DNA of 64,000 bases, taken from NCBI GenBank assembly GCA_013239625.1, contig MU056000.1:14347787-14411786 (forward strand), given 5' to 3'. The first letter of the stretch is position 1, and the number at the start of each line of letters is the position of its first letter. Position numbers and translations under genes: made by a program. Under the pieces are notes generated by a model. It had not been told where the DNA came from. It worked only from the letters and a program-made list of their open reading frames with translations, and did no database searches. The DNA is from Lama guanicoe (lineage: Eukaryota). This document shows positions 12,911 to 26,200 of this stretch, in pieces.

Positions 12911-13382
12911 TGATAGGCTGAAAAATAAAATCCTCCCTCCAAAATACCTCCACATTCTTATCCCTGAAAATTGTGAATGGTATCTCACATCAAAAAAGAA
13001 AAAGGAGGGGTTAATCATTGCAGATGTGATTAAGGATCTTGAGATGGAGAGATTATCCCAGGCAACCCAGATGGGTCCTAAATGCACTCACATGTGTCCT
13101 GACGAAATGGATAGAGATGGAGATCGGTTATACAGAGAGAAGGAGAGACTTGAAGAAGCTGGCCTTGATGACCGGATGAATGCAGCCACACGCCAAGGAA
13201 TGCCAGGGAACACGTTCTCCCCTCCATCCTCCAGATGGAGCCTGGCTCTGCCAACATCTCAGTTCAAGAACAATAACACTTTCAGACTTCCTATCCCCTG
13301 AACAATGAGAGAACAATTTTTTGTTATTTTAAGTCACTTTGTCTATGGTAATTTTTTACAGCTGCTACATGAAACTAATATA
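12911..13382 (+). mobile_element. MaLR solo LTR (MLT1C/D-like)
   Basis: atccctgaaaattgtgaatg...gcagatgtgattaaggatcttgagatggagagattatcc...gtaattttttacagc...aaactaata. Confidence 0.8.
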
Positions 13383-13829
13383 TCCATTGATTTTAATTTA
13401 TTCTTTCCATGTTCTTTCTGGGAGCTGCCTAATTTCTGCCCTTGGGTTCCATGATGCAAGAAAACAGAGTAATTTCACAAATTGTACTTTCTATATCAAG
13501 TTGTGTTCTATTACTAACAACTGACACCAGTATAACAATATTCTATGTGAAAACAATTCAAGTAAATTCATAGGGAAATTAAACATTACACACCAGAGAT
13601 ACTGGGTGAGGTTTATATAGGCTTGGTCATGTAAATTGCTTTGTTTAAAGAAATGTGAGTGGATTTGAAATATGTCTCTTATGAGCAGAAGCTTGAAGAG
13701 ACATCATGTTAGAATCTTTCTATTTCCATCTTCCATAAGATCAGCAAGATATCCAAAGCTTAACGATAGAAAGATAATTTAAATATGTATAATGCATCAT
13801 AGAATATATAATACTTAATTACACAGCTT

Positions 13830-13900
13830 CATGGTGGCAACTAGACCAAATATCTGGCCACCATGGTCTTGCCACGCTGACCAATGAAACTAACCATCAC
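13830..13900 (-). mobile_element. MLT2 (ERVL) LTR 5'-end fragment
   Basis: Reverse complement begins TGTGATGGTTAGTTT...ccagatatttggtc. Confidence 0.55.
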
Positions 13901-14269
13901 AGGTAGGTTGTGATGTACAAGTTCTTAATTTAATAATCGAAAATTATTGAGTGGGAAGACACATGACCAGAGATTCAGTAAGAATAATCAGTGGGTGAAC
14001 ATAAAAAAATTTGTAGAGAAGACTCTTGGTTATCTTCTTTTATATCCATTTCTTCTTTCTTAACTGTTCTTAACTCAGTGTAAATTATATTTTATACCTT
14101 TCCAGAACAAACTCTTATACCTATATTTGCAATAATTTCTTCTTAACATTATTAAATGTAATATTCTTACTACTCTGGCATATAAAATAGTTCATTTTCA
14201 ATTATTTATCAGTTATTCAAGAATTTGTAATGTCTATTTTTAATTAACCAAGTCCATTCTCAAACAGCA

Positions 14270-16420
14270 CTATGTATCTTCAAGTGTCATGCCGTTGAGT
14301 TATTCCAGAGCATTTTCAATTCCTCCTTCCCATCTCTGTGATATTGCTGTCAGACCTCTCACTCATCCATATGCTATAATCACTCAGTTACTATTATTGC
14401 CTTAATAGAACCATTATTTTTAAAAATAAGTTAAGAATGAAAAACTATGTATTTTTTATCATCATTTGTTCCTTCTCTAACAATTTCTCTTTTTATGTGG
14501 ATCTAGTTTTTTTAGGTATATAATTTTCCTTCTGTCTGGAGAACTTTTAATATTTCCTGCAGAGGTCATTTTCTGGCAATTAATTTTTTCAGTTTATATT
14601 TGCCTGAGTCTTTATTTCATATTCATTTTTGAAGAATAATTTCATTAGCTATAGAATTTTAGGTTCCTGGTCTATGTTCTCATTTTTCTTCTAACAGTTT
14701 AAACATTTCACTCCTCTTTTTCTATCTGCCAATAATTTTGGAAATTTTTAGGCCATTGTTAGTTCAAAAGTTTTTTTTTTCTCTCTCTTTCTTCTCCTTC
14801 TGCCCTTCCAATTACACCTATGTTATACCTTTTCATTCTAACTCATATTTCTTGGATTTTTCTCTCCTTTTTCCCCTATTCTTTTTTCTCTTTACATTTC
14901 AGTTGGAAAAGTTACTACTGATATATCTTTAAGCTCCTTTGTTGTTTTCTTGGCCATGTCAGGACTATTGATCAGGTGGTGTTTGTTTCTCTTAAGCATT
15001 TTTAATTTCTAGCATCTTCTTTTGATTCATTCTTAGAATTTCCATCTCTCTGCTTTTATTATCTACGTGTTGCTATATCTTTACTACTATTTTTTCCATT
15101 AGATCCATTAACATATTAGTTACTGTTATTTTTAAATAAGTGGCCCGATGCTTCTAAAATCGGTTTTCTCTTTGAATCTGTTTCTGATGACTGTCTATTC
15201 TGACTGTGCTTTTCTTGACTTTTGTCACGCCGAGTATTGTTTTGTGAGAGTGTTTGCTTTTTAACTATAGATGCAAGAAGTTTCAAATTTCTTTATTGTC
15301 CTTGCTTTTTGTCTCCTCCTAACTTGGGCTTTTCCTTCACACTCTTTCTGAGAGAGCCTGTGTCTTGTAGATCTTTCAGTCATAATCTATGCTTATTATT
15401 GTAGAACCGCGTTGGTGTGGCGGTTAGGTGTATGGAAGATGAAGTGTTCCATATTCTTCCAGATAAATCTCAGTTGTTTACTGGGCCTATGTCTCTGGGC
15501 TGTGTCTTTCACAAGGGCTTCTTCGCTGGTTTAACTTTTTCTTCTGTTGTCCCCAGCCCACTTCACTGGCTGCAGCATTTTCCATCTATTTCTTTGTAAT
15601 CAGGACCCTGGTTGACTATGTTTATTTTTCTCCCTTGGAAGAGACAGGAAGGTCAGATGGGGCTGGTGTGAGAAAACACCCCTTAGCTCTGCAAGGCTAA
15701 CGTTCTGACAAAATAGTACATCCTAGAGAGCATGCCTCTGTTCTAGTGAACGCTCAGAGTGCCTTTCACAATGATTACTCTTCCTCTACCCAGTTAGACC
15801 CACTAGAGTTTTGCTTTCTCATTTCACCATAAAAACCTGTTGAGGTTCCTTAGGGTAAAGGTCATGAAAGTGTAGGTTTTCCTAAACCTGGAGCCTCAAG
15901 ATATTTCTCACTCCTGTGCTTGTCTAGACTCAGGCTCCAATAATTAAAATAGCAGCTGACCCTTGAACAACACGGGTTCGAACTACATGCAGCCACTCAT
16001 GCATAGATTTTTTTCAATGTAAATACTACAGTACTATCCACTCCACACCTGGATGAAGCTGCAGATAGAGAACCATGGATATGGAGGGCCAACTAAAAAA
16101 TTATACCTGGATTTTCCCCTGAGCTGGGGGAGGGTGTCCCCTAATCCCCATGTTGTTCAAAGGCCAACTGTAGGTCACCAATCAAGTCCTCCAACTAGTT
16201 TACAGCTCCAGCAGCTTCTATTTCAAATAAACAAATCTTAGCTGTGTTTCTCTGGCTGTACCTGTCTTTCTGGATATTGGGGTAGCAGTACTCTGTTATC
16301 TCAGTTCTCTGATGAGTCTGATCAACATTAATCATTTTCAATTTGTTAAACTTTCTCTTGTTAAGTGTGGGACTGACAGATTTCAACTTTTCATATGTCA
16401 CAGCGGAAACAAGAAGTCCC
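14270..16420 (-). mobile_element. Ancient L1M 5' region (5'UTR/ORF1), interrupted by a Tigger MITE
   Basis: T-rich antisense ORF1-like sequence (ttcatttttgaagaataatttc...tatagaattttagg). The reverse complement near 16420 starts gggacttcttgtttccgc, similar to L1M 5' ends. Confidence 0.6.
15953..16170 (+). mobile_element. Tigger2-derived MITE (TcMar-Tigger)
   Basis: TIRs CAGCTGACCCTTGAACAACA / TGTTGTTCAAAGGCCAACTG are 17/20 complementary. TA on the right flank. Confidence 0.88.
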
Positions 16421-16594
16421 CTTTTGGAAGACATTCAATTAAATTTATTACCTTCAGCCATCACTCTACTCATCTCCCTGCATTATAACATACATTTCCA
16501 TCAGGCTCTTAGATAATTTGGGATATTTGCCAATTCCAGCTCTGCTTTCTTTCTCTCATTGACAACAACCTGCCACTCACTAAATTTCCACATA

Positions 16595-17091
16595 CTGATG
16601 GACCCTGACTTATTATGGTTTAACTTACAATTTTTTGACCTTACAATGGTGTGAAAGTGATAGGCCTTCAGTAGAAACCATACTTTGAGTGTTCAATTTT
16701 GATATTTCTCTGGCTAGCGATACCTGGTACTACACTCTCTCATGATGCTGGGGAGCAGCGGCAGACAGCAGCAGCTCCCAGTCAGCCACAAGATCCCGAG
16801 AGTAAACACTTATAACTGTCTGTAAACATACAACCATCCTGCTCTTCACTTGCAGTATATTATTCAATAAATTACATGAGATCATCAACACTTCATTATA
16901 AAATAGGCTTTGGGTTAGATATTTTTGCCAACTGTAGACTAAGGTAAGTGTTCTATGAATGTTTAAGGAAAGCTAAGCTAAGCTATAATGTTCAGTAGAT
17001 TAGGTGCATTACATGCTTTTTTGACTTATAATATTTTCAAGTTACAATGAGCTTATTGGAACATAACCCCATCACAAGTGAAGAAGATCTG
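16595..17091 (-). mobile_element. MER47/Tigger5-type non-autonomous DNA transposon
   Basis: TA dinucleotide on both sides (16593-4, 17092-3), with termini ctgatggaccctgactt... / ...aagtgaagaagatctg. Internal aaaataggctttgggttagat...ttaggtgcatta matches the reverse complement of MER47. Confidence 0.85.
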
Positions 17092-18199
17092 TACTTGGAT
17101 GCCACGATTCATTTGTACTTGACTTTTCTAGTGTTTGGAATGTGTTTATCAACCATTGGAACTCCTATTCATCTTCCATTACAAGCTCCATCATATATTT
17201 ACCCTGAATCCCCAAGAAGTAATTTTATGAACTGCCTGTATTTATAATCAAAGTATCCATGTTTCTACTTTAGCACTTACGATTAGTATCACACCTATTT
17301 TTATATACCTGTTGCCCAACTAGAATTTGTTTCTCAAATACAGGACATCAGATCTGGGTATCTAATAGAGACCTTGATATATCAGCCCATGAAATTTGAT
17401 TACATTGACTTGATGATGCTGCTAGGAGAGTGAGATGGAGTGACATCAAAGGACACAAGAAAAATAGGGAGAATATTAAAATATCCTAAGCAAGGGGCAC
17501 ATAAACTAGCATTTTATTCATGGATGTAGTAATGGGGTTGATATTTGAAATACTATAAATAAGAAGAATCTATTATTTTTGGTGGCATATAAGTTATGGT
17601 ATAAGATAGATGGGAGAGTCTACATGACTCTAAGGCTGAGCCAGGTGACATCAATAGTAAAAGTGAGGGCAGGAAGAATTTTTATGTGGAATTTTGGTTT
17701 GTGACAAATGATAGATACGAGGCCATCCAGTGACAAGGATACAGACAGCCTTTTGAATTATTAGAGCCTGAAGTTCAGAATATAGATTGAGGTTTAGAAG
17801 GCAATTGCAGCGAAGGGTTTATTGGGTACAAATTAAATGGGGACAAGACATGGTAGAAAAGGAAATAATAAAAATAAAAGAGAGACATCTAAAATATGTA
17901 CAGTGCATGTAAGAGGTAGAGTTTGGAAAAAAGGTAAAGATAGTGCAATATTATTAAAGTCACTGAAGGGGAACATTATAAGAAAGAATTTTATTGATAA
18001 AAGTATTAATCTCAGCCAAACTTTAAAGCTAAAGTATTTCAGTGTTATATAGGCAATTAGAAATTTCATATGGAAGAATCATATCATAATAGACAGGTAG
18101 AAATCTGTGAAATAGATAAATATACATAGTAAAAAGTTAAGTAGCTTTCAAGGTCACTTACTATTCAGATACTATGAGAGAAAGCAAATAATTTGGGGT

Positions 18200-20312
18200 C
18201 TCAGCATAAGCAGAAAGGAATGCTAAGGATTTACAGCAAACCCCAAAAGCTAGGTGAGAGGCATGGAATAGTTACTTACTCACAGCTCTCAAAAGGAATC
18301 AACTTTATTGACAATTTGATCTTGAACATCTGGCCTCTAGAACCATGAGACAATATATTTTTGTTGTTTACACCACACAATCTATGGCAATTTGTTATGA
18401 CAGCCCTAGCAAACAATACAGATTTTGATACCAACAGTGGGATGCAACTGGAATGAATATTTAAAAATGTGGAAGTAACTTTGGAATTGTATGTTAAGTA
18501 GAAGCTGAAAGAGCTCTGAGGTGTGTGATACGAAAAGGTCTAGATTGGCTTGAAAAGACCGTTGATAAAAATATAGATGTTAACAATAATTCTGATGAAT
18601 CAGAAAGAAAACAGGAGAGCTACTGAGAAAGTTTCTATTGTCTTAGAAAATATATATACCATCATGAACAGAATATTGCTAGAAATAATGGATATTAAAA
18701 ACGATTCTGGTAGACCACAGATGGAAATGAGAAATGTGTTGTTGGAAACTGGAGAAAATAAGAATCTTATTATAAAGAGACAAAGGACTTATTTGAATAG
18801 TATTTTGTTGTGTGAAAAGTAGACCAGTGGGGATAACTTGGACATTTAGCTGAGATTTCCAAGCAAAGACTGAAGGAATAGAGTGACGTTTCTTTGCTGC
18901 TTATAGTGAAATGTAAGAGGAGAGAAATAAATTGAAGAAAGAATTCCTCAGCAAAAATAAACCAGCATTTGATGACTTGAAGGATTTCATTTTATTCAGA
19001 TAGTGTGCATTTCAAAAAGAGTCAAGGAGGTAGCAAGACAACATTTTGCTAAATAGGTGAGGCATGTAATGCATGACCCATTCAACTATCAGCAGAATAA
19101 ACATGTAATTATTCAGGAATCACCTGTGAAAGATCCTCTGGCAGGATGTCTTGGATCTCTGTGAATTGCATGGAAGGCTAACAAGATTTTTAAGAATTCT
19201 GTAAGAGCAGAAACACTGCCAGCCTGGACTGCAGAGACAGAGATGGGGTGAAATGAAGCAAGAATGACTTAAGGACAGAGCCATTAAAGGAGAAAATACT
19301 GTGAGGTTGGAGTCATGGATCCAGAGAGCAGAACCACTTTTTTTTCAGGTTCTAGTGGGCAGACTGCCATCCAAGGCATAGGAAATGGGGCCATCAAGCA
19401 GGAAGAAGGGTGGGAGCTCACAGCCCCGGTCTTGGAGGGCTGAGCTTCCTCCCTAGTCAGCCCAGAAAGCAGAGCATCATCAAACCAAGGAGAATTATTC
19501 TCAAAACTTAAAATCTAATGGAATTTGCCCTGCCAGGTTTTGGACTTGCTGGAGACCTACAATCCTTTTTTTCCCCCCAATTTCTGATTTCTCTCTTTTG
19601 GAATAGAACATCTATCCTATGTCTGTACCATCACTGTACTCTGGAAACAGATAACTTGTTATCTGGTTTCGCAGGTTCACAGATGGATAGCAATTTTGCT
19701 TCCGGATGAATCATATCTCAAGTCTCACCCATACTTGATTTAGATAATACTTAGAAGAGATTTTAAACTTAAAGTTGGTACTAGAATGAGTTAAGATACT
19801 TGGGGGTGTTGGGCTCAGACAAACATATTTTGCAATGAGAAGAATATGAATTTTGTGAGGCCAGAAGGCAGATTGTTATGGGTTGAATTATGCCCACCAA
19901 AATGCACATGTTAAAGTCCTAACCTTAGAATATCGCTTTATTTAAATATAAGTTCTGTACAGAGGTAATCCAGTTAAAACAAGGTCATTGGAGCAAATTC
20001 TAAGCCAATATGATTGATATTTTTATATTGGGGGAAAATCTGGACACAGATATGCACAAATAGACAACATCATATGAACATGAAGACAGATCAGGGTGAT
20101 GGTCTACAAGCCAGGGAACAACAAAGATTACTAACAAAACACCAGAAGCTATGTGAGAGGCATGGAACAGATCCTCCCATACAGCTCTTAGAAGGAACCA
20201 AACTGCTGACAACTTGATCTTGGACTTCCACCCTCCAGAACTGGGAGACGATGTATTTCTGTCATTTAAAACATCTAGTTTATTGGTCCTTTGCTAAAAT
20301 CAAACTAATATA
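18200..20312 (+). mobile_element. MaLR provirus (MLT1A/B-type): partial 5' LTR to 18420, internal region 18421-19873, 3' LTR 19874-20312
   Basis: Two homologous LTR 3' halves (aagctaggtgagaggcatggaatag vs aagctatgtgagaggcatggaacag). The internal region starts gattttgatacc and ends in a purine tract before TGTTATGGGTTGAATT. Confidence 0.85.
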
Positions 20313-20857
20313 ATATAATATGGAAAAATAAAGCAAGAAAATAATCTTACTTTCTTTAAGAACTAAAAAAACAGATATTTATACACTTTCATTTAATCAT
20401 TTAATTATCATTTTTAGTTTATCTTGATATATTTGATATGCTTATAAATTCATGAAGTATCCCAAGGAACTTTTATTATTATATTTCTTTAATAAGAGGT
20501 ATTTTTAATGTGTAAAAATATGAATGTTTCAGAACTACATGTAAAAGTGAATTATTAACATTATTGTATTAAATGTCTTCTGTATATTCACCTGACTAAT
20601 GTCCTAATTTGTTAATGATATTGATAAAAATTATTCTAAATTTTAATCTTTATAGAAATTTTGTAATCTGATACATATATATATATATATATATATAAGA
20701 AGAGTATTATACCTCAAGAGCACAAGATGTTGGAGATTTTTTTGTTTCATTTTTTATTTTTGTTTTATTGTGTTTTATTCTAAGTACTAAAGATAGTTGT
20801 GAGCTTTTTCCCAAATTGCCCTCCTCCCTTTTGACTATGATCACTAATCATCACTAA

Positions 20858-21024
20858 CTTTTTCCTCCAGCTTTACTGAAATACAATTGATGTAAAATAT
20901 TGTAGTTTAAGGTGTACAATGTGTTTTTTTGATACATCTATATGCTGCAAAATGATTATCACCATAGTGTTAGCTAACACCTCCATCATTCACATAATTA
21001 CCTTTTTGTTGTTGTTGTGAAAAC
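20858..21024 (-). mobile_element. L1MA/MB-type 3'-end fragment
   Basis: cagctttactgaaatacaattg...tttaaggtgtacaatgtg...aaatgattatcaccatagtgttagctaacacctccatc. Confidence 0.75.
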
Positions 21025-21839
21025 ATAACAGACTTTATGCTATGCATAATGTGGTTCACGAGGGTAAAGGTGGCTTTCTTATCAATTGGATTCAGTGCGA
21101 TTTCATTTTGTTTTAGTTGTTAAAATTCTTCAAGAATTTGTTTCTGTCTTAAACCTGTGGCATTTTCAATATTAAAATGTACTTCAATTAGATATATTTA
21201 AATCCATAAAACAGGTGTCTGGTTTTGTTGTAATGGGAATAAAGAAGCTGCAAGTCCCCTTTCCACTCCCCTGCCCCAGAATTTCATATGATTATCTGAA
21301 TATTGCTTTAGTTTTACTTTATTCTTTATTGCCATTCAAAGTCACAGTCATATTTAATGAGTCTGAAGTATTGCTTTTCTTCATTATTATGGAAAGATTC
21401 CTATTGGCCATTGACTTTCTGTATAACTAAATATACTTAAAAGAAAAAAAAACTCTAAGCTAGTTCTTATCTATAGAGACTGTAAGAAAACTAAACTCTG
21501 CAACCTTAGACTCTTTTTCTAAAAGAAAACAAAACAAAATTACATTAATAAATCATGAAGGAAAATAATAGACCTTATAATTCTCCAGTTTATTTTCTTT
21601 ACTTAATTTCATGGGGAAAAAAGCAAATTACAGGAAAATAATCCACTGTTAGATATATTTATTTTAGAAGTCATGAAAAACTCACAAGATAAAATCTAGT
21701 GTAAGGGGCACAACAGAATTTTATAATATTCTTAATTTACTTTTAACCACTGATATCAACATGATCAAATGATGACTTGTCACCATCTCCATTTTCAAGC
21801 AATCTTTTTTTTTTTTAAATTAGCTTATTTCCCTTTGGG

Positions 21840-23200
21840 ATTTTGTCCTGATCTGCTTCTCTGAAACTTCTCCCCTCAAGGGCATCACTGATCTTCTCTT
21901 GCCCCATCTCTTGGTCCCTTCTCTATTCTTGTTTTGGCCACTCTTCTTTTTATATTACTTCTTACAGTCTGTCCAATTATACCCACTGTCCTTTGTGCTC
22001 TCCTTCTTTCTTATCTAGGCCCAGTCCTAGGTCCTCCATCAACTCTCTTTCTAGATGATCTCATCTAGACCCATAGCTTTAAATAGTATCTACAAAGTGA
22101 TAACTCTGAACTTTCTCTGCATTCCTGACTCCTGTTTTCACTCCAGATCTTTCTATCTGATTGCTTAGCTAACATCTCCATTTGAATCTCTAATAGACCT
22201 CAACCTGCGCAGAACAGACATCTTGATCTACTCTTCTCTACTTACAGCAGTTCTGTGTTTCCTGAATCTGAGTTAATGGCATCAGGGTTTACTGTGTTGT
22301 TCAGAACTAAAACATAAAATGAATTCTTAATTTCCCTCTTTCACTCACATACATTCCATTAACCATATGCATATAAACCCAATAACCTACGTATCAATGA
22401 GGGTCCTCCAGAAAAACAGAACCAATAGGAGGAACAATAGAACCAAATAAGTTAGAGAGAGCCAATCTCTCTAACTTAGATTGAGAAAGAGACAGAGAGA
22501 AGGAGAGAGAGAGATAGAGAGAAGTGACTGTAGGTAACGGGCTCATGCATTTGTGAGGGTAGCAAGTTTGTTATCAACATGGCAGGCCAACAGTCTAGAA
22601 AGTCTAGTAGGAGTTCATGTCATAGTCTTGAGTCTGAAAGCATTCTGGAAGCAGAACTCCTTTTTCCTTTCCTCCTCTTCTGTCAGTCTTTTCTCTTAAG
22701 GCCTTCAACTGATTGGGTAAGTTTTGCCCACATTCTGGAGAGTAATCTGCTTTATTCAAAGTCTGCTGATTTAAATGTTAATCACATCTAAAATAACTTG
22801 CTTGTCTTCTGGCATTTCCTCACTCAGGCCAACCTTATTCTCATTTTAGGGCATTCAGTCAACTAATCCTTCCTCCTGAAACAGTCCTCCCTCGGATCTT
22901 CATATGGCTGGCTCCTCTCCTCATCTTCATGTAGAATTTGCTTGCATTTTGACAAGTGAAGAGCTTATCCTGACTTCCTCCTTAAAATAGTAGCCCCATC
23001 TTCCCAAGTCAGTCACTCTGCATTTACTCATCTACCTGGGTTTTATTACATTGTGTCATATTACATTAGTTATTTCTTTATTCACTTTTTTGTTTTTACG
23101 TACATCACTGGAAGATAAGTCCATGAAAACAGTCTTCTTCAAGCCTACTCCTTTCCCTTTCTCTAGCATTTTAGTGTTTGAAATATCGTAAGTTCCTAAT
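21840..23200 (+). mobile_element. L2 LINE remnant, split by an MLT2 LTR
   Basis: Pyrimidine-rich L2 motifs: gatctcatctagacccatagctttaaatagtatcta, acatctccatttgaatctctaatag, catatggctggctcctctcctcatc. Confidence 0.65.
22391..22795 (-). mobile_element. MLT2 (ERVL) LTR
   Basis: gggtcctccagaaaaacagaaccaatagga, a GA-rich tract, and aggccttcaactgattgg...ttaaatgttaatcacatctaaaa. Confidence 0.8.
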
Positions 23201-26200
23201 GACTGTTGCCTGTCACAGAAATGTATGTTTTTATGACAGGCAAATAAAAATGGTTTTATTTACCACACTTAGTAAGGCTAAAACTTAAATGCTATATATA
23301 AAAAATTTCTGTGAATGGCAGAAATAAAAAGGTAAGTAACTTAAACTTCAGTTAATTAAATATGTATTAACTAGCGGTACCATATTTAATAATTTATTTC
23401 AAACAAGTTAAAATGCCCCTTTTGAAAACAGTATACTCAAGAGTAGTCATTTCTATAATTTTGAAATAGACTCATTTCTCTTTCTGAGACATTATTTACT
23501 ATTACTTAGGAATCTGTTACCGCTGCTTTTGAGTTCTTTGAAGAAAGACTGAAAAATAAAACGCACATTTTGATTTATTTATTCTCCTATGTATTTGTTT
23601 CTGAAAGCATTCAGAGAGTCTTGTAGAGTTTACTACTAAGACACTCATTTTGGGGTTCGTAACGAAGTTTGAAGTATCTTCAGTTTGAAAAAATACATAA
23701 TTCTGGAAACTAATAAAGGGAAAATTCCTCTGTGTCATTTTCAATTGTAGGAGATGAATGATTACATTATGTTTACAGATTCTTATTATTTGGGTTTAAT
23801 TTGCATAAGTTGTATATTTCATAATGTTGATTCAAAGGAATAATATTTAGAGATTTGGTATAACAAAGATTGCTTCTTTTCTACTTGGGATTTCAACATA
23901 AGTATACAAACAAATATAAGCGATGTTTACAGAAAGGCATTGCAACACTTATTAAGTAGAAAAAAGTTGATTGCATTTTATACCCTCTGGCTCAGCCAGA
24001 ATTATCACTAGATTGCACTGTTTAAGATAAATTCAAATTGATTCATTAAAAAAGAGAAAACATGGAATGAGAATTAAAAAATTGCAGGCCCTTTAATCTC
24101 TGTAAGTTGTTTTCTTCTCAATCTGTATCACAAGAGATTAAAGCTGGAAATATTCCAGCTATAAGAGCAATATATACTTTATTTTACATTTAAAATTTTA
24201 ATAAATTTTAACAATATGTAAATTTAAAAAACATGTATTTGAAAGTGTTTGTTTTGGTTGTTTTTATTCTCATTTCCCTTTCCTTTATACAGACTTTTTC
24301 CTGTGTTTAGTCCTACAGTAGAAGGTATTTGATTATCATTTACCCTTAGGAGTTTCTGTCTCCATTTGGAACAAAGTCCAGAAGGATTTTCCAATAAATT
24401 GATATAACATTAAATGAATAATAAAATGGAGAATCTGCATTTATTTTTGCTGTTGTTACTGGAACAAATAGGTAAAACAAATATGAGGCAAAATCACCTA
24501 CTTTCCAAAGTGAATCTCTTAACCACCTATATAGGATTTACAAAGGAAGTTTATGGCCCCTAGACCAACATACAGCTTTAGGAATTAAAATAATTCAGGC
24601 TAAAGCAGCCACATAGAGTATATTTGAGTGGTATATATATATATGGGGGTGGGGAGTGGTGAGTGCGTGGGCGTGTGCACACCCTCAAGTATTTTTTAAT
24701 ACTTTTTTTTTGTTTTGTTTTGTCCTTTCTACTTTCTCAGTCTTAAACTAATTTGATTGGGTCTAAATTTTATCAAAAATAACATCCTAATTGTACAAAA
24801 AGGAGAAGTAAAAATATTTTGACTTTCAAATTATAAACAATTCACTTTAAAACATGTGATGACTTACAGTTGCCGGGACAGGCTGCACCCCCTGGGTAAA
24901 AAAGCTGGGACTGAGTCCTTGTATTTAGCAGGTTGCATATGCTCAGATCATACAACCTGAAGTCATAAATACCATGTCTTCCATCCACTAAACTTGAAGA
25001 AATTGAGCTCTGAATTTACCTATTGCTCTATCTCCATTTTGGTCAGTAAACACAAAAAGTATAAGGCTAGCACTCAGGCAAAGTAGCCGTGACAGAAGCT
25101 AATTACTTCAGTGATAATGTACTTTCTTTTTCTGACCTGGTCCTCCTCTTCTGTCTTTAAACCCAAACCATTCTGCTTTGTCATCTGGATTCAATTCTTT
25201 ATTAAAATCAACCAGCCAGCCAACCAATCTAATAAACAAACAAGTAAACACACAACTGAACTCTGCGTATCACTTGCTAAAGTTAGCAGTGATAGCAAAA
25301 CTAACTCTGGATCTTATAATGGCTCTTACACAATTCATGTATATTTGTTGCCCATATGACAGTATTGTGTAAACAAATCGGTCCCTTTCCTGCAGTAATT
25401 CAAGAACCCAGTCTGAGAAACACTGTTAGGCTCAGTCTAGGGATTTCAAGGTCTTTCTAGGTGGCATCTCCACTCCAGCCAGATGGCCAGAATGTGAAAA
25501 TAGCACGGAGAAGTAAGCACAGCAGATGTTATGGGCTGGGCCTGGAAGGAGAAACATGACTTTCATTCACATTCCATATGCTAGAACTTCGTCTCAATGC
25601 AATCTTTTATTGCAAAGATATCAAGTAAATCTAGTCGCTGTTTGGGCAGTTAATTCTCTTCAATACATTTACACTGGGAGACACTGGTAGATGATCACAT
25701 GCTCAGAGGTGTCCCTTAATTTCTTTGCTTCAACTGAATTCTGACTTATCTCTGAAGACACTATTTCTCTTTGAGACCCTCTTTAAAGTCTCACAACTTC
25801 TGTACTACAGAATCAAGAGGTAAGTCTTTATCCTCATCATTCAGTGTTGCCTTAAGACAATTACCATTCTACAGTTCTGTTAATCATATAAAGCAATAAA
25901 TGAATGAAGAATAAAGTGAAAGCAACGAAGTTTGAGGGAAAAAATAGTAAGTGAAAAACCAGCCATGGTTTTTGGAGAATCTCACACTTGACTTTATTAT
26001 TTTTCCTGTCCACTTTTTTTTCCATATGCTCATTTTCTAGCAACTTTGCTTCTTGCTTTCAATTTTGCTCCCTACAAAAAATTGTTGATACTGTCATGGG
26101 GGCACCAACCAACACCATGAGATGGACTTTTTTCACTATTTCAGTTTAAGTAACCTTATACTTCACTTCATCAAATTGTTCATGGAGTAGAAATTGCTAT

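Noticed and set aside
15970..15990. GGTTCGAA as a tRNA T-loop or B-box
   Set aside because: It lies inside the Tigger2 terminal sequence and has no cloverleaf.
25760..25830. Strong donor AG|GTAAGT as an exon end (also a pyrimidine tract plus AG near 24260-24292)
   Set aside because: Isolated splice-like motifs occur by chance and I found no coherent exon chain. RNA-seq would be needed.
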